A DNA stretch of 63,899 nt, filler included, from Octopus bimaculoides (taxonomy: Eukaryota): assembly GCF_001194135.2 (NCBI RefSeq). It is 11 parts of 10 records of this genome, joined end to end, with 100 filler letters (N's around TTAATTAATTAA, not from the genome) between each part and the next. Parts side by side here need not be neighbours in the genome. Positions count along the whole stretch, not along the records: positions 13,080 to 15,306 come from NC_068989.1; positions 15,407 to 23,304 come from NC_068987.1; 9 more parts are not named here. One strand, 5' to 3'. Made by a program: the position numbers and the translations under genes. Numbering within the stretch: position 1 is the first letter of the stretch; each line of letters begins with the position of its first letter. The notes under the pieces are model-generated. The model had not been told where the DNA came from, searched no databases, and was given only the letters and a program-made list of their open reading frames with translations. Below, in pieces: positions 13,081 to 23,304 of the stretch.

Positions 13081-13235
13081 GGTGGTGTAAATAACAAAAG
13101 TATATATTAGTATGACGCTCGGGAATACGGAAAGTCTTTGACGTTTCGAGCTACGCTCTTCAACAGAAAGAATACGGAGACAAGGAGAAAAACACGGAGA
13201 AAAAAAATTGAATAGTGTTCAGTCAACGGTCAATC
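13081..13235 (-). mobile_element. Penelope-type pseudo-LTR repeat (second copy at 25050-25260)
   Basis: Shared sequence with 25108-25230; contains a hammerhead motif. Confidence 0.65.
13135..13171 (-). ncRNA. Minimal type I hammerhead ribozyme, A6U core variant
   Basis: UCUUU CUGUUGA A GAGC-GUA-GCUC GAAA CGUC AAAGA. Stem I 5 bp, stem II 4 bp, palindromic ACGU in place of stem III, predicted GUC cleavage site. Confidence 0.65.
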
Positions 13236-13261
13236 ATATATATATATATATATATATACAT

Positions 13262-13421
13262 ATATACGACGGGCTTCTTTCAGTTTTCCGTCTACCAAAT
13301 CCACTCACAAGGCTTTGGTCGGCCCGAGGCTATAGTAGAAGACACTTGCCCAAAGTTCCACGCAGTGGGAATGAACTCAGAACCATGTGGTTTGTAAGCA
13401 AACTGCTTACCACACAGCCAC
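13262..13421 (-). mobile_element. SINE family A, 5' half
   Basis: Matches the reverse complement of 14078-14230. Confidence 0.85.
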
Positions 13422-13907
13422 TGCTTGTTCTGAAAAGCGATTTATTAAAGTTATAATCTCTCGATCATTGCTGTATTCTCTGAAAATGTCTTCTCGCATT
13501 CCCGAGTGGTGCAGACACTTCCAGGTTAAAACCTCTCTCTTGTAAATTTTAAAGCACTCCTTCTCAAAATGTGTCACGCACGTCACACGGTTTGGAAGGA
13601 AATGATTCAATACAAACATAAACAAATAATCTCGTGTGATCATAAAAAAAGATTTGTTCGTGACCGCTGGGTCAACACTGACAAAGGACATATTTGCTAA
13701 CATTCATTCGTGTGTGTGTGTGTGTGCGTGTGTGTACGTGCTCGCGTGTGTTTGTGTTTCCGTGCATGTGTGTGCGTATGTATGTGCGTGTGCGGCGGGT
13801 ATGCGCACGCGTGTATATATGCGAACTGAAAAACAAAAGACACGAAGATGAATATAACACCTTTAATCATACGTCTGCTTGATCTCAACGACGACCTAGA
13901 TCTAAAC

Positions 13908-13918
13908 ATCATCATCAC

Positions 13919-13998
<80 letters not shown>

Positions 13999-14013
13999 TC
14001 AACAACATCAACA
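13908..14013. repeat. (CAT)n-(CAA)n compound microsatellite
   Basis: Directly visible. Confidence 0.95.
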
Positions 14014-14077
14014 ACTCTGATAAAAGAAAAAAACCCCCTAAATTTATCAACCAAGACAATTTCAAGACAATTTGCTA

Positions 14078-14231
14078 GGCTGTATTGTAAGTAGCTTGCT
14101 TACCAACCACATGGTTCCTGGTTCAGTCCGACTGCGTTGTACCTTGGGCAAGTGTCTTCTACTATAGCCTCGGGCCAACCAAAGCCTTGTGAGTGGATTT
14201 GGTAGACGGAAACTGAAAGAAGCCCGTCGTA

Positions 14232-14296
<65 letters not shown>

Positions 14297-14500
14297 ATAT
14301 GTTTGTGTGTCTGTGTTTGTCCCCCCAACATCACTTGACAACCAATGGTGGTGTGTTTACGTCCCCGTAACTTAGCGGTTCGGCAAAAGAGACGATAGAA
14401 TAAGTACTAGGCTTACAAAGAATAAGTCCTGGGGTCGATTTGCTAGACTAAAGGCGGTGCTCCAGCATGGCCACAGTCAAATGACTGAAACAAGTAAAAA
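14078..14500 (+). mobile_element. SINE family A, near full length
   Basis: tRNA-like head with B-box-like GGTTCAGTCC, CORE-like segment CCTTGGGCAAGTGTCTT, internal (TA/TG) microsatellite, tail ...CAGCATGGCCACAGTCAAATGACTGAAACAAGTAAAA. More than ten related copies occur in the window. Confidence 0.9.
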
Positions 14501-14826
14501 AAAGTGTAAAGAAGAAAAGACGTTACGTTCTTACTGAATCTAATCTATAACTCATTAGTTTGGCTTGTGGCGAGGATGGGTGAAGGAGCGAGGGCTGTCT
14601 GCCCCTGGCGACGCCTTTATGGGGTGGGGGCGGTTCTTTTGCGGTCCGCTGTATAAGCATGTGTAGAGAGTAGGGTTCCAGTGAGTGGAAGTGACAAACT
14701 GAAGGGCTGCCCCCTACGGCATACATTCTAGTTACGTCACAGCTATAAATCTTTCTTCCTTGGTTTCTTGTTCCCCACTAGAATGTAGTCTCACGGGCAC
14801 ACGTCGGGGCACACATTGGGGCATAC

Positions 14827-14874
14827 GTCATGTCTTGAGCATCAAAATCTGGCAGGGCCCAACCGTCGCCAGAT
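14827..14874 (-). CDS. Candidate 48-nt internal exon of an unidentified host gene (SGDGWALPDFDAQDM)
   Basis: Strong acceptor CTCTCTCTGTCTTTTTCTTTCAG. Donor GTATGC, or GTGAGA giving an 80-nt exon ending at 14795. GC-rich, and only one frame stays open. Confidence 0.3.
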
Positions 14875-14924
14875 CTGAAAGAAAAAGACAGAGAGAGGGG
14901 TGAGTGGGGAGTTGAAGAAGATAG

Positions 14925-14963
14925 TGATGACAAAAATGACAATAGCGAAGGTAACGATGAGGT

Positions 14964-14999
<36 letters not shown>

Positions 15000-15047
15000 C
15001 GATGACGACGATGATGACGACGATGATGATGATGATGTACCAGGAGG

Positions 15048-15120
<73 letters not shown>

Positions 15121-15125
15121 AACGA
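14925..15125. repeat. (GAT)n microsatellite
   Basis: Directly visible; source of the poly-His, poly-Ser and poly-Met pseudo-ORFs. Confidence 0.95.
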
Positions 15126-15446
15126 CGGTGATATGACTCTTGCACCATTATGCAAATAAGTTTGTGGCCGAAGTATATAATTGTCTACGTCCAGGTGGCG
15201 CTATTAAATTAGACATGGCCTGAGCCAACTTCGGTCGAAACTTACCGAAATAATCTAAGTAATGTAGATTTTAATATGTAGCTTTCAATTTACTACGTAT
15301 TATCGCNNNNNNNNNNNNNNNNNNNNNNNNNNNNNNNNNNNNNNNNNNNNTTAATTAATTAANNNNNNNNNNNNNNNNNNNNNNNNNNNNNNNNNNNNNN
15401 NNNNNNCGACTAAACCCTTCATAGCAGTGCACCAGCATAGCCGTTA

Positions 15447-15767
15447 GGGCAGAGTGGAAATAAAAACATTGTGGAAATTGAAAATGCCTGAGAACTAAAA
15501 TGTTGTTATATTTAATCACTAGAAAAATACTAAATTTTCGCTTAGATTATTTAAGAGCATTTACCCCCTCAAGTCCCTTAAACTTCGAAAATGGGGGATT
15601 TTTGTAAACCTTTTACAATAGCGGGGTTTGAGGGAGTTGAGGGAGTAAATGCTCTAAACAGATCGAAGCGAAAATTTAGCATTTTTCTAGTAATAATATG
15701 TAGCAAGATTTTAGGTCTTAGGCATTTTCAATTTTTATAATTTTTTTTTTTTATTTTCACTCTACCC
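15447..15767. mobile_element. Foldback MITE with long (~125 bp) inverted arms
   Basis: GGGCAGAGTGGAAATAAAAA...TTTTATTTTCACTCTACCC; the arms pair through ...AGCATTTACCCCCTCAAG / TTGAGGGAGTAAATGCT. Confidence 0.8.
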
Positions 15768-15812
15768 CAGATTATACAATCTAAATACCTTCACACATAT
15801 ACATGTGTGTTA

Positions 15813-16750
15813 GCGTGGAGTGAAAATAAAAAATTGAAAATGACTGAAACCTAAAATCTTGCTGTATATTATCATTAGAAAAATGCTAAATTTTTGCTTC
15901 GATCAGTCAAGAGCATTTATTACCTCAACCTCCACAAACTCTGCTATTGTATAAAAATTCAAAATCCCCCAATTCCAGAGTTTAGGGGGCCTGAGGGAGT
16001 AAATGCCTTTGATTGATCTCAGCAAAAATTTAGCATTTTTCTACTAATTAAAGGAAGGAATTTCAACCATGTTTCGTGGTCTGCTACCACAACAGCTCCT
16101 TTATAGGATCCAGTTAGCTCAAGACATCATCAGGAGGAACCACGTCCGGTTTCGGCCCCTACTCTTCTACCGTTTTGACGTGGCGGGGCCCTCCCTTTCG
16201 GAGGTGTCTTCAGCTCTGGTGTTGGGTGCATGTCTTCTTTCTTCTGTTCCCTGGCCTCTTCGATGCAGCATCAACGAGTATCAGCATCCGACTGACTGTC
16301 ATGTCAAATTCCCCTTTTTATGCCTGCTGCTAGGTTCCAGCAGGCTGCCCCAGCAAGTTGTCACGTGACACTGTCTAAATTTCCCGCTGCTAGGGTCTAG
16401 TAGGCAGCCCCAGCAAGTTGTCACATGAGACTGTCTAAACTTCCCGCTGCTAGGCTCCAGCAAGTAGCCCCAGCAAGTTGTCACGTGACACTGTCTAAAC
16501 TTTAACTGACAATGGAGGGCGCGTAATCTTAGCCCACGCATGCTCTAACTGAGACCGTCACCTGTCAATCAGCGAAGCCACTTCAGTGTCAGCCTGTCTC
16601 ACCTAATGATGTTATTTTCCTGCCGGCATGTTATGACTTTCAAGCCATATTTGGTCTTCCCGCTTCAGCCATATATAGAAGCTGGCTTTTTCGACCGCCA
16701 GTTCTCAAGCAGTTTCAATTTCCACAATTGTTTTTTTTTTCACTCCACCC
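15813..16750. mobile_element. Second copy of the foldback MITE, interrupted by a ~650-bp insertion
   Basis: Starts GCGTGGAGTGAAAA and ends TTTTCACTCCACCC. The right arm breaks at ~16049 and resumes at ~16700. Confidence 0.7.
16320..16502. repeat. Three 60-bp tandem repeats containing TGTCACGTGACA
   Basis: Unit ~CCCGCTGCTAGGNTCCAGCAGGCNGCCCCAGCAAGTTGTCACGTGACACTGTCTAAA. Confidence 0.9.
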
Positions 16751-17675
16751 TAATNNNNNNNNNNNNNNNNNNNNNNNNNNNNNNNNNNNNNNNNNNNNNN
16801 NNNNNNNNNNNNNNNNNNNNNNNNNNNNNNNNNNNNNNNNNGCCGTAGTCCAATGACTGAAACTAATAAAAGAAAAGACAGAATCATAATGTTCAAGAAG
16901 AGAGAACATATTTAAATTTTGGTAGGTATGGAAAAACTATCAAAACAAAGACGATTTAGATCCCAAGCCTGGCTATTCAGTAACTGAATTACAGGAAATG
17001 AATGAAGGACTCTAAAGTAAAGAATATGTTTTGAAATAGTCAGTTATTGGACATTTCGTAGTAGAATCAAATGCATTAAAAGCTACAAATAAAAGCATAA
17101 ATCTCCATATTTGGATAAATTATGGAAATGTAAAGTATCTTATTTGAAACATGAATAAAAGAAAATTGTCTTTAGTTTAATTTTATGTATTTATTTATTT
17201 ATTTAACTTGTTAATCTTATTCAATAAAGCAATGTCATTTTTTTTCATTGACTATTAGTGATGTGTGACTTTAATAATTGCCCGAACTACCAAACGAATT
17301 TTTATTAATTTCTTATTATGTGTCATGTTTTAAATTATCTATAAGCGACGACTTAACTTCTTTTTCATTCTTTCTAATTCTATAAGTATTTTTTGTTTGT
17401 TTGTTTGGTTGGTTGGTTGACTGGTTTTTTTCTTTCTTTCTTTATCTTCAGAAAATTTACTTTGATTTATTTCTTTAAATATTTCAATAACAATATTTTG
17501 TTAGTATTTTATTTAAATTTGATAAATAGGTACTTATAAATGTGCATTGCGCTATTCTCAGACAGTCTAACAATGTATTTCAACGAGAGTATAAATAAAA
17601 CTTATGCAACTTTCACTATTGAGCATATATCTCTATCTTTGAGAAAAATAAATATTTGTTATCATTGTTATTGTG

Positions 17676-17712
<37 letters not shown>

Positions 17713-17722
17713 NNNNNNNNNN

Positions 17723-17757
<35 letters not shown>

Positions 17758-18067
17758 ACAATCACCACTGCAATCTCTGCTTCTTAGTTCCATTCCTATT
17801 TCTTACACGCCAATGAAATCTGCTGTTTCCTTTGTTCGTGTACAGAAGCCCTGTACTTGTCATTTGTTGATATATGGATTGTAAATATTGCATATGTACA
17901 AAGAGGCTCCGGCGTTTATCCTTATATATATACAGCTATAATCAATAACAACACTGACATCATTATCTCATCTGGTTTTATACTTATGTTGCATGGTAGA
18001 AGTTAAACGGTTTTCTTTGAAGGCTGCTAAAGAAAGGTGTCTTCTAAATAGTGGTTAGCTATTGAGA

Positions 18068-18290
18068 GGAGGCGCATGAATTAGTGGTTAGGGTATTGGA
18101 ATCGTAATTGTAAGATTCTGGCTCCGATTCCTAGACTGGGTGTTCCATTTTGTTCTTGAGCAAAACACTTCATTTTCACGTTGCTCCAGTTCACTCGGCT
18201 GCTAAAATAGGTAATCCTGTGACCACCGGCATCCCATCTAGGGAGCAATATATACGCTAGAAAAACCGGGAAACCGGTCCTATGCTCCTT
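18068..18290 (+). mobile_element. SINE family C (tRNA head + CORE-like segment)
   Basis: GGAGGCGCATGAATTAGTGGTTAGGG head, then GTTCTTGAGCAAAACACTTCATTTTCACGTTGCTCCAG. Confidence 0.75.
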
Positions 18291-19398
18291 GCAGAGCAAT
18301 GTGGACGAACCATAACTACAGGAAAGGTGATGTTAACTTTCTCGTCGTTATTAGTTATCCTCATAGGGAACATCATCACTGTCGTCGTCGATGATTTCAG
18401 CTTTTTCTTTCTTTTTTTTTTTTTCTATAGTGACATCATCATGAGTTAGTATCAAGAATAACCTTCCTGTTTCAGTTCTTGCGTTTTGTTATTGTTTTTA
18501 TATAGAGTTGTTAAACCAGACAGAAAAAAAAAATATGAAATCTATCTAAGCACTTTCTTTGGTCGCTTCGCACTTATCTCTATTCAATTATCTTCTCGTT
18601 ATATTTTTCTTTATTTGTTGAATGTCGAAGTGTTTCTCATCAGAACTCAGTACTAATGCAATCTTCTCTAATGTAGGAAAATAAAAAGAAAGACAAATAA
18701 ATCCGTGCCTTTTATTATATTATTTGAACACCACTAAGGATTTCATCATTATGTCAGCTAGTCTATTCCTAGGTTATTGACCACCACCGGACACATAAAG
18801 GCTGGAGACATAAGTGAAATGGAATAATTTGGCCGAGAAGTGGCCAGAGGCTTACTTCATTGTGCTCGTGTCTCTACTCTGTGTACAGAACCAATTCCAC
18901 ATATACCAATTAACAAATTTCCTATTGTTTTCTTTAGTCATCGTTTCCAATTAAGAATTACTTTCTCTATTTCACTCTGTTTCACTTGCAATCAGGCTGT
19001 CAATTAAGTTCACACTGCACACCTAACAGATCAAATCTAACTCCTTCCTTATTTTTTTATACATGATGACTTTTTAGCAATATGGCATCACGTTTCTGTC
19101 AGAGCGTACATGCACCCTGCAGTCTCCCCACTGTATTAAAATAACCTCATTGACGTCAACAAAAATCACTAGGTTTTTTTTGTGTTTTTTTTCACCCTCT
19201 CTACGATCCAATCAGAATTTCTATTTTGAGAATACACAATCTATGACTGAAGACATGGTTATATGGCTAAGAAGTTAGCTTCGAAATTGAGTAGTTCTNN
19301 NNNNNNNNNNNNNNNNNNNNNNNNNNNNNNNNNNNNNNNNNNNNNNNNNNNNNNNNNNNNNNNNNNNNNNNNNNNNNNNNNNNNNNNNNNNNNNNNNN

Positions 19399-19475
19399 AG
19401 TCGATATAATCGACTTAATCCGTGTTTGTCTGTCCTTGTTTGTCCCCTTTGTGTGTAGCCCCTTGTAGGTAGTAA
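19399..19475 (+). mobile_element. SINE family D 3' end with Tx1-like tail (5' part in gap)
   Basis: GTCGATATAATCGACTTA is shared with family D; the tail resembles 52525-52571. Confidence 0.55.
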
Positions 19476-19535
19476 AGAAATAATACATATATATATATAT
19501 ATATACACATATATATATATGCATGTATGTATATA

Positions 19536-19657
19536 CAGGGTGTCCACAAAGTCTGGGTACATGATTAACATACTTTAAGAAATTATTATTTTTTATTTTT
19601 AATTGTTTATGTTATGATTTTATTTACTCCATGTACCCAGACCTTGTGGACACCCTG
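19536..19657. mobile_element. Tc1/mariner-type MITE (122 bp)
   Basis: 28-bp TIRs CAGGGTGTCCACAAAGTCTGGGTACATG / CATGTACCCAGACCTTGTGGACACCCTG with TA TSD. Second copy at 52682. Confidence 0.92.
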
Positions 19658-19689
19658 TATATGTATGTATGTTTGTATGTATGCGTGAA

Positions 19690-19940
19690 AGCGCATAGCT
19701 TAGTGGTTAGGGTGTTGCACTCACGATCTCGCAATCGTGGGTTCGGTTCCCAGACCGCGCATTGCGTTGTGTTGTTGAGAAAAGCACTTCATTTCACGTT
19801 GCTCTGCGATCATTTTGTCATCTGACATGTGACACCCGTTACACCTGTACAGGTAATGTTAATTTGATGGAGGGAGTGAGCTTATGTCTACACAATCATT
19901 TGATCACTATAAACAAATTATCTGTGTGGTTGTTCGATAA
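19690..19940 (+). mobile_element. SINE family C variant
   Basis: GCATAGCTTAGTGGTTAGGG A-box and GGGTTCGGTTCCC B-box; 3' part shared with 22309-22500. Confidence 0.75.
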
Positions 19941-20096
19941 GAAATTTAATCCTTTAGGGCCGACATAGAAATTTAATCCTTTAGGGCCGACATAGAGGGA
20001 CAATACAGGACAGACAAGAACCTAAAACATCGAAATTCTTCAGAAAATTTCAAACGGCTTTTGCGGAAAATTTGTGAAACGGTAAATGTTCTCTTC

Positions 20097-20475
20097 TTCC
20101 GTCGAACGCGGTGAAATATAGTGAAGGCGGAGGTATTGTTTTCAGTCGTGTTTGTTTGTTTGCTTGTCCGTGGACAAGATATCTCAAGAACTGCTGGATG
20201 GATTCGGATGAAACTTTCAGGGCTGTTTGGCCTCGTGGGTGGTACGAACTGATTAGATTTTGGCATCGATTCGGTACTGGACAAGGATTCTGGATTATTT
20301 TTCCTGTTTTTTGCACTTAATTTTTGAGAGCAGTCGGGTTCATTTTTAGTATTCTCGTTTGTGAGAGCAGTCGAGTTTATTTCAGATATTCTCATTTTAA
20401 AAATCATGTCCAGCTAATCTTTGAGAGGACGTTGGTGTTGCTTTGGCGGAGGTTTGCGCTCTCTGAATGCTCTTG
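20097..20475 (+). mobile_element. DINE/HINE-like non-autonomous Helentron derivative
   Basis: GGCGGAGGTATTGTTTTC...(GTTT)n...GGATTCGGATGAAACTTTCAGG...TTGGCGGAGGTTTGCGCTCTCTGAATGCTCTTGTT, a layout recalled from this class. Confidence 0.5.
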
Positions 20476-20947
20476 TTTGTTTGTTTATTTATCTATTTAT
20501 TTAGAAAGCCTTTTTGGTTCAAAGTCACATTCAGCAAAGCGATGCGTCTTGTGACTGGAAGAATGCAGTTTCCATCATTTTTTTCTGTCAGTCTGTTCAC
20601 TTTGGATGCAGATTCGACGTGTTCCTATATCAAATGTAAACAGCTATAGAGAATCCTTACAGTACTTCGCTTTACATTTACTTTCGTTTGACAATAAGGA
20701 AAGATAATTATGGGTGATACCCTACAGTAATGAGGTTAATGCGTGTGCGTGTATGTGTGTGTGTGTGTGTGTGTGTACTTATATATCTGTGTATGTACGT
20801 GTATATGTATATGTGTATATTATATGATATATGTGTGTGTGTGTATAGAGAGAGATAGAGAAGGAAAGCGAGAAGGGTTTATATATACATATGTATTTCT
20901 TCTTTCTCTCTCTCTCTCTCTCTTTCTCTCTCATTTAATATATAACC

Positions 20948-20981
<34 letters not shown>

Positions 20982-21772
20982 CATGAGAGACAGAGAGATG
21001 TAGAAGAGAAGGCTTTATATGTGTGTATGTGTTTGTGTGTGCGTGTGTATTTATGTGTATGTATATATGTGTGTGTGTACTGTGTGAGCGTGTGTGTGTA
21101 TGTATATGTGTGTGCGTATGTATGTACCTATACATCGTGTATGTATCCATGTATATATGTGTGTATATTATATGTGTGTGCGTGCGTGACTGAATGTATT
21201 CCTTTCTTCTCTCTCATTTAACATATATATATATATATTTATATATATATATATATAGGGGATAGAGAGATGGGTTTATGTGTGCATATGTTTATGTTTG
21301 CATGCGGGAGTGTGTGTGCATGTCTACGTGTATGTGTAACCTCGCTATACAGATATTAAGCAAGAAGTTTGAGAATTATATAGGAATCTAAATCAAAACA
21401 ATCGTTATAAGATGTTTATTATGACATTTCAACTTCTCAATAATGAATATGATACATACACGATTCGAGCAAAATTTCCATTTGTTACGAATACACATTC
21501 CTTCCATAAACTAGCGCTGCTTCTGCGACTAGAATATCTAAACACTTTTTTTATTATCGAATATAAACATGTCGTGATGACAATAATCTAAATGGAAGAT
21601 ATAGTGAACACCATATACATGATATCATCTAAATTATTGTTGGTCTTTCTCCAAACCATTTTTGGTTACGTTCAACTAACAGTAACACAAGTAGACAATG
21701 TGTTATAACTGTCTATACATAACAGCGTTGGCTAAAAATGTGTTGATATAAACTGTAGTACTTACAACGTAG

Positions 21773-22153
21773 TGGAGGCGCAATCGCCCAGTGGTTAAGG
21801 CAGCGGACTCGCGGTTATAGGATCGCGGTTTCGATTCCCAGACCGGGCGTTGTGAGTGTTTATTGAGCGAAAACACCTAAAGCCCCACGAGGCTCCGGCA
21901 GGGGTTGGTGGCGAACCCTGCTGTACTCTTCCACCACAACTTTCTCTCACTCTTACTTCCTGTTTCTGTTGTGCCTGTAATTCAAAGGGTCAGCCTTGTC
22001 ACACTGTGTCACGATGAATATCCCCGAGAACTACGTTAAGGGTACGTGTGTCTGTGGAGTGCTCAGCCACTTGCACGTTAATTTCACGAGCAGGCTGTTC
22101 CGTTGATCGGATCAACTGGAACCCTCGACGTCGTAAGCGACGGAGTGCCAACA
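21773..22153 (+). mobile_element. SINE family B, full length, 13-bp TSD
   Basis: A-box-like CCCAGTGGTTAAG and B-box GTTTCGATTCC. TSD ACTTACAACGTAG at 21760-21772 and 22154-22166. Tail GGAGTGCCAACA. Confidence 0.92.
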
Positions 22154-22174
22154 ACTTACAACGTAGAGTGAGTG

Positions 22175-22500
22175 TCGCTTAGTGGTTAGGATGCTGTACT
22201 AACGATCGCGAGATCATGGGTTCGAACCCGAGACAAGATGTTATATCTGTTTATGTATGCAATGTTGGCTTTAAAATGTATTGATATAAATTACAATGCT
22301 TACAACGTGTGACTTAGTAGTTAGGATGTTCTACTCACAATCGCGCGATCGTGGGTTCGATTCCCAGACAAGGTGGTATGTTGTGCTCTTCAGCCAAGCA
22401 CTTCATCTCTTGTTGCTCTGCACATCGTGCGCCTATACCAGCAATGTTAATTTGATGGAGAGAGAGTGAGCTAACGTACAGCACACACATTTGATCACGA
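22175..22500 (+). mobile_element. Two tandem tRNA-like SINE heads (family C); the second extends into the body
   Basis: CTTAGTGGTTAGGATG...GGGTTCGAACCC and CTTAGTAGTTAGGATG...GGGTTCGATTCCC. Confidence 0.7.
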
Positions 22501-22599
22501 TAGACCAGCGGTTCCCAACGTTTTTGCAATCGCGACCCCTTACCCAAAAGCTTGAAACCCACGTGACCCCCCCCCCCACCTACTATCAGCAGAGCATTA

Positions 22600-23095
22600 A
22601 AAAAATGTACATTATTTACATTCGACGGATATTTGTCCTCATCTTGTTTGTTGTTAACACAACGTTTCGGCTGATATACCCTCCAGCCTCCATCAGGTGT
22701 CTTGGGGAAATTTCAAACATGAATTCTCATTCCTAAGGTATTTTTCGATGTCATTATTATTATTATTGTTATTATTAACATCACTGCTTGGAATCGAAAT
22801 CGGAATCTTGGGGTTAGTAGCCCGCGCTCTTAACCACTACGCCATATGTACGTGGGCAATTATGGAGTGAATTTTAGGGCTTATAAATCTAATATTTTCC
22901 TATCCTTCCTTAATACCGGTTCCCATATGCTGCTCATATCAGCATTCGGTCTGCTTAGGAGGCTGCTGTGTCCTAGCATATGTGCTGCTTCTTTTAGTTT
23001 TCGTATTTTCCAGTGTTCTCTGTCTATTATTTTCACTTCATCCCACAGGATGGGGGGTCTCCATTTCTCCATACATGATCAGCTACACCCGTATG
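22600..23095 (-). mobile_element. Penelope-like element 3' end: GIY-YIG C-terminus + tRNA-like head + (AAT)n + hammerhead
   Basis: GVADHVW...ILWDEVKIIDREHWKIRKLKEAAHML...WEPVL with stop at 22881-22883. A-box TGGCGTAGTGG at 22844-22834; hammerhead at 22701-22656. Confidence 0.8.
22656..22701 (-). ncRNA. Minimal type I hammerhead ribozyme (this copy has A9G)
   Basis: GACAC CUGAUGG A GGCUG-GAGGGUAUAU-CAGCC GAAA CGUU GUGUU. The consensus of three copies restores CUGAUGA. Confidence 0.7.
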
Positions 23096-23266
23096 TAATT
23101 GATGAGTTGAAATCAATATTATCCCAAACCACTTCTAGCAAGGCTACGCGACCCCGCTGCAAACGCTTCGCGACTCCCCCACACAAGGGGTCGGGAACCC
23201 CTACTATAGATAAATCATCTCTATAGGTTGTTCAGCAAGAAATTGCAGAACACGAGAGATTACCAT

Positions 23267-23304
<38 letters not shown>

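Larger units (their letters stand above)
22506..23203. mobile_element. hAT-type MITE with a nested Penelope fragment
   Basis: Ends CAGCGGTTCCCAAC and GTCGGGAACCCCT; internal CGCGACCCC repeats; 8-bp flanks CGATAGAC / CTATAGAT (6/8). Confidence 0.6.

Noticed and set aside
16060-16140. Hammerhead on the minus strand (CTGATGA...GAAACATGGTT)
   Set aside because: Core words are present but neither stem I nor stem II pairs convincingly.
16320-16502. CRISPR-like array
   Set aside because: Contiguous 60-bp tandem units with no unique spacers, no cas genes, and a eukaryotic context.
18290-18330. Possible 32-nt exon (QCGRTITTGK)
   Set aside because: The acceptor comes from a SINE end and the donor (GTGATG) is weak.
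19940-19993. Perfect 27-bp tandem duplication
   Set aside because: Real or assembly-derived local slippage with no further structure.
19973-20407. 144-aa ORF without simple repeats
   Set aside because: It is the antisense reading of the DINE/HINE-like repeat and has no recognisable domain.
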